Notes under the pieces: model-generated
Database searches by the model: none
Seen by the model: only the letters and a program-made list of their open reading frames with translations
Told to the model about the DNA's origin: nothing
From: Amoebidium appalachense
Lineage: Eukaryota > Protista > Ichthyosporea
Direction: 5' to 3'
NCBI GenBank assembly: GCA_963693365.1
Contig: CAVNZM010000005.1
Coordinates: 1,302,001-1,366,000, forward strand
DNA: 64,000 bases
Position numbers and translations under genes: made by a program
Shown: positions 25,193 through 38,784 of the stretch, piece by piece
Layout: the number at the start of each line of letters is the position of its first letter
Numbering within the stretch: the stretch's first letter is position 1

Positions 25193-25435
25193 AGAATGGT
25201 GTCGAGACCCCCTCCCCCCCCCCCCTCCCCCCCCTCCCCCCCCCCCCCCCCCCCCACATTTACTACCATTGCTGCAACCACAACCGCAACCGCAGCCGTC
25301 ACTTAATAACCACCTAATAAAAAACCATCCATACTTATACAAATACGTATCAAGCTAGATGAGGTGAGCAATCATGAACTACTGGCACCTAGGGCATGAG
25401 GCCAATTGAGGAGGCATACGTGTATGTGTGTGTGT

Positions 25436-25475
<40 letters not shown>

Positions 25476-26394
25476 AGGGAAGGAAGGGGGGTGGGGGGGT
25501 GGGGTAGAGGTAGGAAGGGGGGGGGGGGGGGGGGGAGTAGCCAGGCCCCCGAACAAAAGCCTTTCTTCCTTCTTCTGCTTTTTTCTTTTCTTCCTCAGGG
25601 TCTTTCTTTCTTTCTATTCTTTTTTTTTTCTTTAATTTTCAAAGTTTCTTTCTTTTTTTTTTTTTTTTTTGAGAGAGAGAGAGGAGGGGGAGGGGAGGCT
25701 GCCGGGGGAGTTAGGGTTGTCAAGGTTGTGTGTTCCAAGGGCCGGGCGAGGAGGATAGGCTTCTGTGTGTGTGTGTGTGTGTGGTTGGCTGGGGGGGGAG
25801 AGTGGGGGGTAGGGGGGGTTAGCCAGCTAACTGCTGAAGGGGATGAGACGTGAGATCAAAACACGAAGGCTAAACAGGGCTGGGCTGACGGCAGCAATGA
25901 CGTCTAGCAGGTGGATGGGTACATACTGGTGTATGGCATGCACGTAGGTGGGTGGGATGTGGCCACGGTTATCCCCTTGGTTTTCTTGAACACATTGTTC
26001 ACGGTATATACTGTGTTGGATTAGTAACCGTAATTGAACAAAAGTATCCCAAGCATCAAGATGGCTGGATGGTATTTAGGCAACTTGATTGCAATGCCTA
26101 TATGGTGCTTATATATAGTGCACCTCCATTTGAAAACAAGTTGGCAGAAAAAGTCAACATTTAATATTTGCAGCCATCCAGTGGCTACTGTGTTGTTCCC
26201 GTAGGTGGTTTTGGTCTTGTTTTGGCCTTCACTGATGATCACTTTTGCCATACACATAAAGCTGTCTTCAAAATACTGTCCAGAACTAAATCATCTTCTT
26301 CGTGCATTTCAACAATGCTTCGCACTCATACTCACTAATTTAAACCACGTTGATATTGAATACAGGAACAAAAGCGCACATAGCTAAGTCAGTT

Positions 26395-27777
26395 CTATGC
26401 AGCCACATCTGTGTAGGACTTCTCATCATGGCCAGCCACCTTCTCACCCAGCAGGGGTGCTGCCACGTCATCGCGAGCAACAAGCACATCCTCGTGCATG
26501 ACAAGGGGCAGGAGGAGGAGGAGGGGCGTCCAGGCCAGAAACTGGATGAAGGCCGTGAATCCGAACGATGCCTCGTAGCCGTACAGGTCGACAATTAGCC
26601 CACCAACAACGGCACTCCCACTCCACCCGAAACCCGCAACGCTCTCAAGGGAATTCCACAAGCCGCGCTTTTCCGAGGCAACATAATCCATCAAAATGGA
26701 GCGGGTGAGGGGAACAACGCAGTTGATAAGTGCCGAGCGGATGATGTAAACTGCACACAGTACGTATGGTTGGGCCTCCCAGTAGTCGGGGAATAGGGCC
26801 ATAGCGGTGAGAAGGGCCACACCAATCGCCTTAAACGCTAGAGTGACCTCCACACGGCCAACCTTAAGCGACAGCCGCTGTGCAATCAGCGAGAAACACA
26901 CTTCGGTGAACGGGTCCAGCACAAAGAGGATGTTCACCGTGATGGGCGAGAGGTGTAGTTTCTCAGCAAAATAAATCGGGAAGAACTTGATGGTCATACC
27001 GCTCGCTAGGCCGAAAACAATATCGGATGTAGCCACAATCGCGGGCACCATGCTAACATGCAGCCAGCTGAAGCACCCACCCTTCCTCTTCTCGGCGGCT
27101 TCCAAACGGCGCAAAATCGCTGCGTCCTCCTCTGCTTCGGAATTTGTATCCTCGCAAATTGCCTTTGACTGTTCTTTCGCAGTTTTGTCGTCGTTAAAAA
27201 ACGCCAGCGAGCCAATGGAAATAATGTGAAGGGAAATACCGACGGCAAAGATAACGGTCATTTGTGGCATGCCCCAGTCGTCGCCCATATACGCAAACAA
27301 TACAACGTTGGTGATTGGCCCTGAGGCGAGGGACGCAATGCTCAGAATGTACCGGTACATTTCGTACTTGGAACGCTGGCCCGATGCCACTGAATCTGCG
27401 TAGATAGCATACATGGGTGGGGACCATGCACCCATATACAAACCAAAAATGCCCAAGCCAGCTGTAAGAAGGAGATAGTTCTCATACCAGTTGTTGAAAA
27501 ACTGGTACAAACCGGCAAGTGTAACCACCATGCCTACCAAACCAATTGCTGCGCTACCTTTTAGCACGGTATCACGCCTGTATTTATCGGCCAAAAGACC
27601 AGCCGGAATGGCTGCAAGGGCCTGCAGAGTGCCCTGCACACCTTCTGCATAACCTGCATGTTTGTTGTCTTTGCAAAGGGCAAACAGGTAGGGGCCAAGG
27701 ATTGCATAGTTCCACATGCCCATGGCCAGGCCATCGAAAAACGTGAATATGTTGGTGAGTGCTACGTTGTGATTCAT
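26395..27777 (-). CDS. Major facilitator superfamily transporter (no intron in the CDS)
   Basis: ~460-aa ORF with about 12 hydrophobic segments in a 6+6 arrangement, MFS motif A (GLLADKYRR), a second-half repeat (AQRLSLKVGR) and a hydrophilic central loop. First ATG at 27777; probable 5'-UTR intron with acceptor at ~27807. Confidence 0.9.
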   Translation of the reverse strand: MNHNVALTNIFTFFDGLAMGMWNYAILGPYLFALCKDNKHAGYAEGVQGTLQALAAIPAGLLADKYRRDTVLKGSAAIGLVGMVVTLAGLYQFFNNWYENYLLLTAGLGIFGLYMGAWSPPMYAIYADSVASGQRSKYEMYRYILSIASLASGPITNVVLFAYMGDDWGMPQMTVIFAVGISLHIISIGSLAFFNDDKTAKEQSKAICEDTNSEAEEDAAILRRLEAAEKRKGGCFSWLHVSMVPAIVATSDIVFGLASGMTIKFFPIYFAEKLHLSPITVNILFVLDPFTEVCFSLIAQRLSLKVGRVEVTLAFKAIGVALLTAMALFPDYWEAQPYVLCAVYIIRSALINCVVPLTRSILMDYVASEKRGLWNSLESVAGFGWSGSAVVGGLIVDLYGYEASFGFTAFIQFLAWTPLLLLLPLVMHEDVLVARDDVAAPLLGEKVAGHDEKSYTDVAA

Positions 27778-30590
27778 CTTGGCGTTTATTCCTAAAGTAT
27801 TGCTCACTAACGTGTCATTAGTACTAGTACTGGCCTCAGCTAGCTAGTGTGTGGTGTCACGGTATGGAAATGTTTGCTTTATGAAAAAAGAGTTGAGAGT
27901 ATAGATGGCAAGTTTTAAAGTGATGGTTGGGGTGGTAGTAGCTCTTGAATCTAGAAAGAGCACGATGCAGAGTGAAAGTCTGCAGTGCGATACCACAGCA
28001 CGCCTTTTTATGCTCGGGGCTCTAGCCGGCTGGGCTCCTTTCGGCAAAAGCAAGATTCTCAAAATGCATATGATTGGTCAACTAGTTCCTACCTTGATTA
28101 TAAGATGCGCTTACTTCCAATAACAAAACTTATAAATCATGTATTAGTTTTAGTGTTATAATGATTGGTGGATGGATCCACCACACACATGTCATCATGT
28201 AGTCAGTGCTCAGTACTAGTGACTCATAAGTCATAGCTCGAGTCTGCGAGTCGTGAGCGGGGTTGTGACCGTACAGCTGTACAACCGGCAGACTCAGTGA
28301 CACAGCCTACGCCTTTTCCCGCTAGCGCTGCACATATACACTGTAGCACGGAATCAAATAACAATGGTCTTAGCATACAGAATAGTATCATCGCCGAGAC
28401 AGTTTGGCTCAGTCGCAAAAAGCAGGAACAACCATCTGATTGGCCGATTATGTTATCCTAAAACCCCCTAGAACTTTTCGTATTTTCGGGTTTCCAGTAA
28501 TCTTGGAATTCTTGATTAGAATATTTTTGAGGAACTAAAGCATTTTCCCTACAAGGAAGTAGATGTTGCTCAATGAAAAAGCAAGTAACAAAAAGCCTTC
28601 CAGGGGACCATGTGGCTTTATGAGGCTTGCGAGGTTGATCGCAAAACTTGTCACAAATTCACAATGTCAAAACAGGGCTTCATAAGAAAACTGATTTTCT
28701 CAAAAAAATCTCAATTATGTCGCGTTTCAGTACCTCTTTCCCTACGGGTGTCTGCTACACTAGCTGGCAATGTGAACACTTTAGACTTTTTGTTGAATTT
28801 TGTTGTTTGTCACATTGAGTATTTATACGATTTTCACACAGTGTTCAGGTATCTCAGTATGCACTTGTTACTGGATAACTCGTGAAGTTTTTTATTGTCT
28901 TCTCAGTATGCCGTGCATACTTGCATATCTTTCCGTCGAATAAATCCAGTCAAAAGAAAAAAAAACGCATTCAATCACTGAAAATGTTTGGCGGTTTGGG
29001 GGTAGCGCAGCCCTGACTTCAGCCTGAGTGTGCGGCACGACGTCACGTGTGCGTGTTCGTGTGTGTGGGCACGTGTGGCAGTGTGATTGTGTGCGTGTGT
29101 GTGTACAGGTGTGTATGTAAGTGCGTGTGCGTACGTGTCTCTGTGTGTGTGCGCGTGTGTGTGCGTGCGTGTACATGTGTGTGTGCACGTGTGTATGTGA
29201 CTGTGTGTGCGTGTGTATGTGTGTGTGTGTGTGCGCGCGCGTGCGTGTGTGTTCAAATGATGTGTGCGCGTGTGACACTGAATGTGTGCGCGTGTGTACA
29301 GGTGTGTTTGTGTGTGTTCGTGCCTGCGCGCGCACGCGTGTGTGTGACGTGTGTGTGTGTGTGCGTGTGCGTGAGAGCGTGTGTGCGTGCGCGCGCACGT
29401 GTGTGCACGTGTGTGTGCACGCGTGTGTGCACGCGTGTGTGCGGGTGTGCCATTTAAAAAAATAGCTATAGTGAGGCCTCAGTCAGACGTCGACGTGTGT
29501 CCCAGAGATGTAATTAAAGTTCCAATATATTAGTAGTGCCACGTGCTGAGTCAGCTGAGTGTCCACGCGTACGGTACCGGTACCGGTGTGTTCATAAACA
29601 ACAAATGCCGCGGCCGTGTGACTGTGCACGTGACGGCATGATGCACATGTGCACATACATACGCGTGCGTTACAGTATGACATAACATATGCATGTTTGA
29701 TAATGCATGATATATTATTCTGATGACTATGTGCGCCTGCAGCTGTCTATGTGTGTATGCATGACGGTGTGACTGGCCGTGGGGTGGGCACAAGACTACA
29801 TGCGTGTGACACTGTGTGCATGCGTGCTTGTGACCGTCGTGTCTGTACACGTGATCATGAGTGAGAGATAGTGTGTGTGCACCTATGACAGTCACTCTGT
29901 GTGCGTGTGCGTGTGCGTGTGGCACTGTACATGTACATGTGACATTACAGTAGTAGAGGATAGCATGTACATGTCCACAAGTCCGTGCCTGAGAATCAGT
30001 TTGACATGCTTTTCTTTTTTCCCCGGACGCATGCACGCTGGAAATTGCATGTGGTTCGGAGGAGAGTTCGGAGGGTGACTGTTCCTGTAACAGTAGAACG
30101 TGGATGCATATGATCTCAGTCCGTGCACCAATTATGGGCTATATCCTGGTGTGCGCAGGGTTGGGGCATGTGGGCACGGGGGGCTGCAGGTGGTGGGATT
30201 CGACTATTCGAGCATCATTAATTAAGGGTTTGTGTGTTCGAATTGAATCAGAGCCTACCAGTACTACGATCAGTGGTCCTCTAATACCTATCACTGTTGA
30301 ACATGCATGTGATGGTCCTGGGGCCTGGCCAGATGGCGTATGAGTGTCAGTGTCACAATGTCATCACATCAGGGATTTTTGAATTTGAAATGGGAGGGTG
30401 GGGGGAGGGGCGGGGGGAGGAGTAGTTAATAGCGACGCCCGCCCAGGTGGTGCCCCCCTTCCCCCCCCCCCCCCCCCCCCCTCCCCCCTCTCCAAGGTAG
30501 CCGCAGGGGTGGGTGGGTCCCCCTCCCCCGCCCCCCTCCCCCCCCCCCCTCCGGGGGGGGAGGGACCCATCTGGATGAGTGGGGTGGTGG

Positions 30591-30624
<34 letters not shown>

Positions 30625-30796
30625 TATCCCCCAACCCACGGCCCCCGCCCGCCCATGCGCGTGATCATGGCGGCAAGAGTCCCTTTTCCGTCCACCAAAT
30701 TTGTGCATGTATTCGTTACTTCTTTTCTTTCTTTCTTTCTTTTTTTTGGAGGAATTGCTTCCATTTTGGCCACTGATGCATATATCCCCTTCCCCC

Positions 30797-30827
<31 letters not shown>

Positions 30828-31329
30828 ACACAGTCACACCCACACTGCACCCACACCCACCCACACACCCACACACACACCACACACAAACACACACGCG
30901 CGCACACACACACACACATGCACGCACACACGCATGCACACATTTCCCACCCCCAGGGTAAGTTAGTGCTGGTGCTCTTCTTCTGCCGGATGCATACTCG
31001 ATGTGACTGTGTTCTTTGAAAGGTCTACTTTGTGTATGATACAAATGTGTATGATGCTCCATAAAATTTTCCAAGTAAACGACCCGAAACCCCCCCCCCC
31101 CCCCCGGGCCCTCCCGTCTCACTCACCTTCTCCTCCTCCCCCTCCCTCACCCTAGGTATAACAATTTCTAACGACCCCTCCCCCTCAACCCCCTCCCCCC
31201 ACTTCCCGGTGCCCCCTCCCGACTCACCGTCTCCTCCCCCCCCCCTCACCCCCCTCCCTTACCCTGCTCGTTTACACAAGTACATGCATGTGCATATGCG
31301 CACGCACACACACACACACACACAACCGT

Positions 31330-31410
<81 letters not shown>

Positions 31411-33014
31411 CAACAGTCAACTATTTATTAGTATTGGGGGCAAAGACGGTGCTGCCCATGCAGTGTTTGTGTGCGTATATGTGTGGCGGGGAATGTAATA
31501 CTGTATGTGTATGTGGTGTGGGTGAGTGTGTCTGCATGTTCATGCCGGGTGCTCATCAGTTTGTGCACCTTGTATGCGTGTGTGGTACATGCTCGTGCAG
31601 ATACGTGTGGAAGTGTGTGCTGTGTGTGCGCGTGGTGGTGCGGAGACGAATATGAAAGGGGGGGGGGGCGAGGGGGGAGGGCGAGGGGGAAAGGGGGACA
31701 GGGGACCCCGGCGGCGGCGGCGGCGGCGGCAGCCGGGGGGGGGGGGGGGGGAGGGGGGGGGGGAGAGGGGGGGAGGGGGGGAGGGGGGAGGGGGGAGGGG
31801 GGGGGGGAGGGTATGACCTTACGAACTTTAGCCTGAGTTTCAGGTGATCCAACTGAGTGGCTTCTATTTATTAGCCTCGATGCTTACGTTTTGGGTTTGC
31901 ATGTAAACCGCTGATAAATCATAGTAGTCCAAATGACCAGGTTATCAGAGTCTGGTATAGTTATATGATGGCAGCCAATATGGGGTGGGTGGGTCCCCCT
32001 CTTTCGGCCCCGGAGGGGGGAAGAGGGGGGGGGGGGGGGGGGGGGGGGAGGGGGGCATCTACTTGAGGTGAGGTGGTGGGTCCCCCCCCCTCCCCCCCCC
32101 CCCCCCCCCCCTGCTAGCCGGAGGTGTGGGTGGGGCCACCCCTCCCCCATCCGGGGGTGAACGGACCCACCTGTCCAAGGGGGTGGGTGGGTCCCCCCCC
32201 TCCCCCCTCCCCATACTAGCTAGTCACGGTGTGGACGCAATGCATAAGAATGTGCAAATCACATGGCATTTGATGTGTGTGCCAGATAAGAGGTTGTGTG
32301 TACACGTGTATGTATGTATGTGTCTCGGTACATGTGTGTGTCTGCAACGTGTTTGTGTTTGTGTGTGCATATGTGCGTGTGTATGCGTGTGTTGTGTGTG
32401 TGTGTCAGTGATCTACGGCAAAGTACCCCATACGTGCACTGACCCATGTGGCTCTTCTGTGGCACGTGTATTTGTATTGATATGTTCGTGTGTGTGTGTG
32501 CTTCTGTTGTTGGTGATCGTGCATGCATGATGATGGCACATGACGCATGCACGAATTGCGAACGGGAGATGCTATGGGAAGGGGGGGGGGGGGGGGGGGG
32601 GGGAGACAAAGGACGGTAAGAGAGCGAAAAGGGGATTCAGAATGTGGGCTCATGTGCGTGTGCACATCATTATGTGCCACCACAGGGATTTGCATATATT
32701 ACCTATGGGAGTCTGTGAGCGTGCCCGAGAAAGCTCGCGTGTGCGTGTGTCACGCCAGCTGCGTGCGCATGTGTGCCTACGTGCATGATGTGTGTGTGCT
32801 TGTCTGCGTCACACACACACGAGTTATAGTTTTGTTTTTCTCCTGGCTATCTGTTTAGTGTGCGTGTACATGTGCTCTTGTCTATGTGTGTGTGTGTGTG
32901 CGCGCGCGCACGGGGATGTGTGCATGTGCTTTTGTCTATGTGGTGCATGTGTGTGTGTGTGTACGCGCGCGCACGGGGATGTGTGTGTGTGTGCGTGTAT
33001 GCATACGTGCACGC

Positions 33015-33059
<45 letters not shown>

Positions 33060-33291
33060 TCGGGGGGGGGGGGGGGGGGATTGTCCAATTAGTGTAAGCA
33101 GCCGCACACAGCCTGATAGTATTAGAGACGATTCGTGCTGTGATGATTACTACCAGGATATGGAGAAAGGGTCACTCAAATAGAATAATACAGACTAATA
33201 CAAGTTGGGTGGGCCCTCCCTGGGTGGTGGCCGTGGTCTCCCCTCCTCTGTCGCACGCGGAGGGATGTCAGCTGGGGGGGGGAGAGAGGGG

Positions 33292-33322
<31 letters not shown>

Positions 33323-33470
33323 TGCAAACCACACATAAAGAGTATGCATAATGAGCAGACGGTGTGTTTGTTTTCCGAGGCCCTGGGGGGGGGGGGGGGG
33401 GGGGGGGGGGGGAGGGGAGGGGGGGGCCCGGGGGCGGGGGGGGGGGAGAGGGGGTTAAACTGCATGCGCA
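33323..33470 (-). mobile_element. Degenerate fragment of poly(C)-ended element (subfamily A)
   Basis: cataaagagtatgcataatgagcaga (33333-33358) and ggggttaaac match subfamily A in reverse orientation; bounded by G runs. Confidence 0.55.
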
Positions 33471-34751
33471 ACTGACGGGCAGCACCACGGAACTGATCTC
33501 CAAACCGGGACGGGGGAGGGGGGGGAGGGGGGGGGAGAGAAGGGACCTGCTAGATGTAATTAGGGGTAGGACTACTAATATTCAAGATCAAAAAAGCCTT
33601 ACTAATAGACTATGCATTCTGAGCAAAGTTCAACGGACGGGTTGTTCAAGGACGAGCACCCCCGGGCTCCCTGTAAATTCTGCCGATCACAACCCCCCTC
33701 CCTCGGTTTCTTTTAATACATAAGGGTTTTTTTGAAATGGATGGGTGGGCACAAGTAAATATCGAGGTTTCCCCAGGTGGTCGGTCCCTCCCCCCCAACG
33801 TCTCCTCGAGGGGTTGGTGGGTCCCCTCTTCCCTCCCCATCCAAGCTGACCGCCGGCCCCGCCGCGAAAGTCCCCTTCCCCTTCCTTCCCTCTACTCGGG
33901 CCACGAGTCTTTGGTGGGGGTATACCCGGCCCACCTCTTTTGTGGGGCTCCAGGGGGTCCTTCCCATCCCCACCCCGGCCGCAGCTGCGCACCCCAATTT
34001 TTCTTCTTCGACCCCCCCCCCCCCCCCGGTCCACCAATGGACCACCATCACATTCGTTTACTTCTTTCCTTCCTTTTTACCAGCGTTTCAACATTTTGAC
34101 CAGCCTAGCTATCATGCACAACATGAGAGTCTTCGACTGGTATGCCATGGCCGGGTGTGTGTGTGTATGTGTATGTTGATTCTGCTTGTATGGCGATTCC
34201 GAGACATGATATCCCGGAGGAAGGAGACAGTCAATGCTAAATCCAGGCTCGTGTGTGTGTTGGGGGGGGGATGATAGGTCATGGCCCCGCTTAGGACATG
34301 TATGCATGTGCTCACGTGTGCAACAAAAGCAGAACACCGGGTCCCTTTGGTGTGTGTGTGTGTTATGTGCATGTTTGGCGGTGGGGTGACAGGAAGATGG
34401 GTGCAAGTTGGGCTTGTTTCATCAGAGACTTGCATGTTTACATGGGGAACTGGCGCAGTTCCAGCTGTCCAAACCACGCCGGGCCACCTGTGGCCACACA
34501 CTCCCTCCCATCTACATACCGTGGATCCATGTAGTTACATTCGTATTAAGGCTAATATATAGCGTGCTTGTGTGTGCGCGGTGTTACGTCGTGCCAGGTC
34601 GGCCCGGGACCTAATATTTGATAGGCGGCTAGCACATACGCGTCATTATCATAGAAAAAGCAGCCCGCACAGCGCGGCATGCAACGGATTTCGGCTACGT
34701 GCAGGTGGCTCACTCTTTGAACAGTACAACAATTAATCAACAGCCGTGCGC

Positions 34752-37700
34752 TTACTTGGCGGCCTTCTTGGCCAGGGCCTTAAGGGACTCGGTGGTCATG
34801 GACTTGGGGCGCTCGATGGGCAGACCCAGGGCGCGGTCCCAGACAAGGGAGGGCAGCACACCCATGGCACGGGACACACCGAAGAGCACCGTGTAGAAGT
34901 TCATCTCCTTCAGGCCGTAGTGCTGCAGCAGGACACCGCTGTGGGCATCCACGTTGGGCCAGGGGTTCTTGGCCTTGCCCTGCTCGAGCAGGATGTTGGG
35001 TACCACCTTGTACAGCAGAGACACCTGTGTGTAGAGCCCGGTTAGCACCACGTCATGTTTGTCGTCTTCAACCACCAAGACACAGAAAAGCAGGAGTGAG
35101 AAAGATTGACTGGCAGGGAGCGAGGGCGGTGTTTGTGTGTTGGTGGGGGGTCTGCTCATAAGAAGGAAAAGACACGAGGGCCTATAGGTCCTGGGAGGAG
35201 GGAAGAACAACTAAAAACAGGTAACAGCAGCCCGAAGAGAGAGGGGGGGGGGGGGGGATGGGATGCAACCATGTGCACCAGAGTCTGAAAAACTTGTAGG
35301 GAGAGCAGAGGAATGAAGGGCAGCCCGAGAATAACATCCCCCGGGGGGGGGGGGGGGGGGGGGGGGGGGGAGGGGGGGGGGGGGGGGGGAGGGGGGAGGA
35401 TGGGAGCTTGTACGCATCAGAGCACAGAGCAAACGGGCAAACGAGCAAGAAGGATCAAATGATGGAAGGAAAAACAACGACAGTTCCGAACACATACCAG
35501 CTTGAAGTTGGGGTCCTCGGGCAGGTGCTTCAGGGCAAACTCACGCTGGCAAGTGTAGCGGGGGTCGGTCTTGCGGAGCACAGCGTGACCTGTCATGACC
35601 AGACCATCAGTGTTATTGTAGATGTAAGAGGGTGGAGCTTTTTGTTGGTTTAAGAGGGTGGGAAAGCATGTGCCGGTGGGGATGGGGGGGGGGGGGGGGG
35701 GATATGAAAACACAAGGTTTGACAACCCTGGGAGAGGTAACCTGTGGAGATAAGAATCAATTACTTTCGGAAACTCAAGTGGCACAGGAGGGGAGGCGGG
35801 GGGGGGGGGGGGGGGGGGGATCCTCGAACAGTGAATGTTGGATGTGAAAAAACGACCAAAGCTCGAGACGAGGAACAGGGGGCAGGGCATACCGTAGCCC
35901 GGGACGACCTGGCCAGAGTTGAGGGTGGCCCAGACGGCCTCAGAGACGGCCTTCTCGTTGAGGTTGGCCTGCCAGTCAGCACCGAGGCGCTCCTTGAAGC
36001 GGGTGAGCCAGATCAGCACCTCCTGGTTGGCCAGGCCGTGCAGGGGGCCGGCCAGACCGCAGAGGCCGGCAGACAGGGACAGGTAGGGGTCCGACAGGGC
36101 AGAGCCCACCAGGTGGGTGGTGTGGGCAGACACGTTGCCACCCTCGTGGTCGGCATGGATCACGAGGTACAGGCGCAGGAGCTCGATGAACTTGGTGTCG
36201 TCATAGCCCAGCAGGTGCGCAAAGTTGGCGCCCAAGTCCTTGTCCAGGTCGATGGCACCTGCGGGCAAGGCACAGTGAGCAACATGAAGTGCTCAGACCC
36301 TCCTTACTAGAAGGTTAGAGTACCTATCACAAGCAAGGCAAAGCTTGAGGGAGAGAGGGGAGAGGAAAGTAAAACGAGCCCCTGGAGGATGGGAGCAGAT
36401 CACGAGCAAGGCAGAGCTTGGGAGGAAGGGGGGGGGGGGGGGGGGGGGTTGGAATCGGAGAGAGGATGAACCAGGAGTTTAAAGACTACATCGTAAGCAA
36501 TACCGAACGGTTGGGGGGAGGCATTGCAATGGACACGAGCAGTAGACAGGGCAAGGAACTGCGATATGCAGTGGGTTGAGATGGCCAAGAGAAGAACATC
36601 CATTGAGTACATTCCCGAGGGAAGGGGGGGGGGGGGGGGGGGCTATTTACCGATGGAGCCATCCTTGAAGACGTTGCGGTAGATCTTGGCAGCCACAACG
36701 GGCAGCTTGGCAATGCAGTCGATGGAGTCCTCAAGGGCAAGCTCCCAGTACTTGCTCTTGTTCACACCCTCGGCATAGGCCTTGGCAAACTTGCTCTCGC
36801 TGTGCATGGCGGCAACGGCTGCAGGCCACATACTTGGTCAGCAATATTGTACAAAACGTGGACTCGACGTCCGATAAAACATAAAATGAAAGGATCGGGG
36901 AGTGCTGAGAGGGTGGGTGGGTGGTGGTGGTTGGGGGGAGGGGGGAGGAACAGTGCAAGGGAGACAAGGGACCAGAGGGGTTCTTTACCGGCGCTGAGCT
37001 GAGCCATGGGGTGGAGGGTATTGGGGAAGTTGTCGATCATGGTGACAATGTGGGGGGGAAGGTCGGCGCGAGCAGCAAACTCCTTGGACATGGCATTGAC
37101 CTGCATGGCATCAAGAAGTCAGGACTGAGAAGCATGCTATCCCCACTTTCCTGAGGCAAGGTTACACTAAGGCCCCGGGGGAAATGGGCCCCGGAGGGAG
37201 AGGGAGAGAACAAGGGGGAAATGGGAACTTCTCCCACTTTCTTGACCCCCTAGTTTGAAGCGTCCCACGTGAAGCATAAAACGGGTATATTTGTGGCCTG
37301 AGGATAAAGGAGCACTGTGCAAGGGAGGGGGAAGAGGGACAGAGGGATAATGGTGAAAGCACAAGCTTACCTGCTCCTGGGTGGGGACCTCGCCGGTCAG
37401 CAGCAGCCAGAAAGCACCCTCAGGCAGGGGCTCCTCACCACCGGGGGCCTTGGGGAGCACACGCTGAAGATCCGGGAGAGTGTGGTTGCGGTAGCGGATA
37501 CCCTGTTTGCAGCACACGGAGTAAGTAAATGCTTAAGTTACTGGTTGCAGCCACAGCCTTGTCTAGCAGCACGCCATACTTCCCCAACAACCCCCTCCAC
37601 CTCCTCCATCTTTCCCCCAAACACCACGCCACCCATACGAAAGCTAAACACAAGCCAACTGCAAAACACGACTCCCGCCAAGCCACTGCCACCTATAGGC

Positions 37701-38671
37701 AAGCACCCACCTCCTCAGCGTCAAGCAGAGAGGTCTCAGTGACGAGGCACTTGATGCCGCGGGCACCACCATAGGCCTGGTCGATGGTGTACTGACCGAG
37801 GGACACGTTGCCATACTCCTTGCGGAACTTCTTGACATCCTCAATGGTCTTGGGGACGATGTCGTCCATGCGGTCCTTGAGCATAGTAGCACCCTACATA
37901 CGAAACGATAAACGTCAGCTGCTTGCAATCCACCACAAGTTCGTCGTTTCGGGATGCAAGTTCCGAAACTGATTCTACAACGTTCCTTTACACATTCTTT
38001 AAGCTGATGGCCCACACTTATGATCACCTGCTCACAGGTCATGCTGGTGGCCTTAGCCTTTAGACCAGCTGATAACACGTCTGTCTCGACTCATTTAGAG
38101 CTTGCCCACGACAGAGAATAGGGGCATATCCATGAACGAAGAATTTTATGATGCAGACAACAGGATGCTTACCGAGGTAGTCGACTTGTAGCGGAGGCCA
38201 GCGGCAACGGCGGGGGCCTGTTGGAAAGAAGTGATCAGATAAAGTTGTATCAAGCCACAAGCTTCCTTATTTTTTAAAAAGAAGTGTACTCGGTTTGGTA
38301 TAAAAAGGCTTCTTATCAAACAAGTAAGAGCCAAACCAGCTTCAAGACCAGAGGTTAAACGCCCACTACACAGGAGGTAAAAAAAAATTGGCTTGCTCAC
38401 TTTCCCGTTACCAAACTTCTTGTTCGAGTGTGGCTTGCTCACTTTCCCGTTACCAAACTTCTTGTTCGGGTGCATAATGCAAGTGTCTTGCTTGTCAAAC
38501 TCAGCTACTCCCCCCTAAGCATCATTGTTTTCACAGCATCACCCTGCTTTCCCACCAACTACGAACCAGCTGTTTACACCCAGTAGAACTTCTGACAGCC
38601 CACTCGCATGATACAAAACGTACCAGAGCCTTGCCGGTGAGGGCAGCGCGCTGGATAGTGGAGGCCAGCAT
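34752..38671 (-). CDS. CS: Citrate synthase, mitochondrial (eukaryotic type)
   Basis: Nine phase-consistent exons: 38671-38624, 38217-38173, 37893-37711, 37502-37371, 37100-36989, 36818-36651, 36258-35893, 35589-35498, 35024-34752. Motifs [76 protein letters not shown]. Arg/Ala/Ser-rich presequence. Confidence 0.97.
38389..38472. repeat. 42-bp tandem duplication in citrate synthase intron 1
   Basis: tggcttgctcactttcccgttaccaaacttcttgttcg(a/g)gtg, two copies. Confidence 0.9.
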
Positions 38672-38784
38672 CTTCGTGATGTAATCGGTGGTGGGAAAGA
38701 AACAAGGCAAACACAGAACGATCCCCCGACGTGAATGGCATAAAGGCCGAGGCGTGGCCTCCTTTTTGTAAGCAAATACTGAGA

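Noticed and set aside
35744-36310. Long + strand ORFs antisense to citrate synthase exons (also opposite the MFS and hydrolase genes)
   Set aside because: Shadow ORFs opposite real coding exons.
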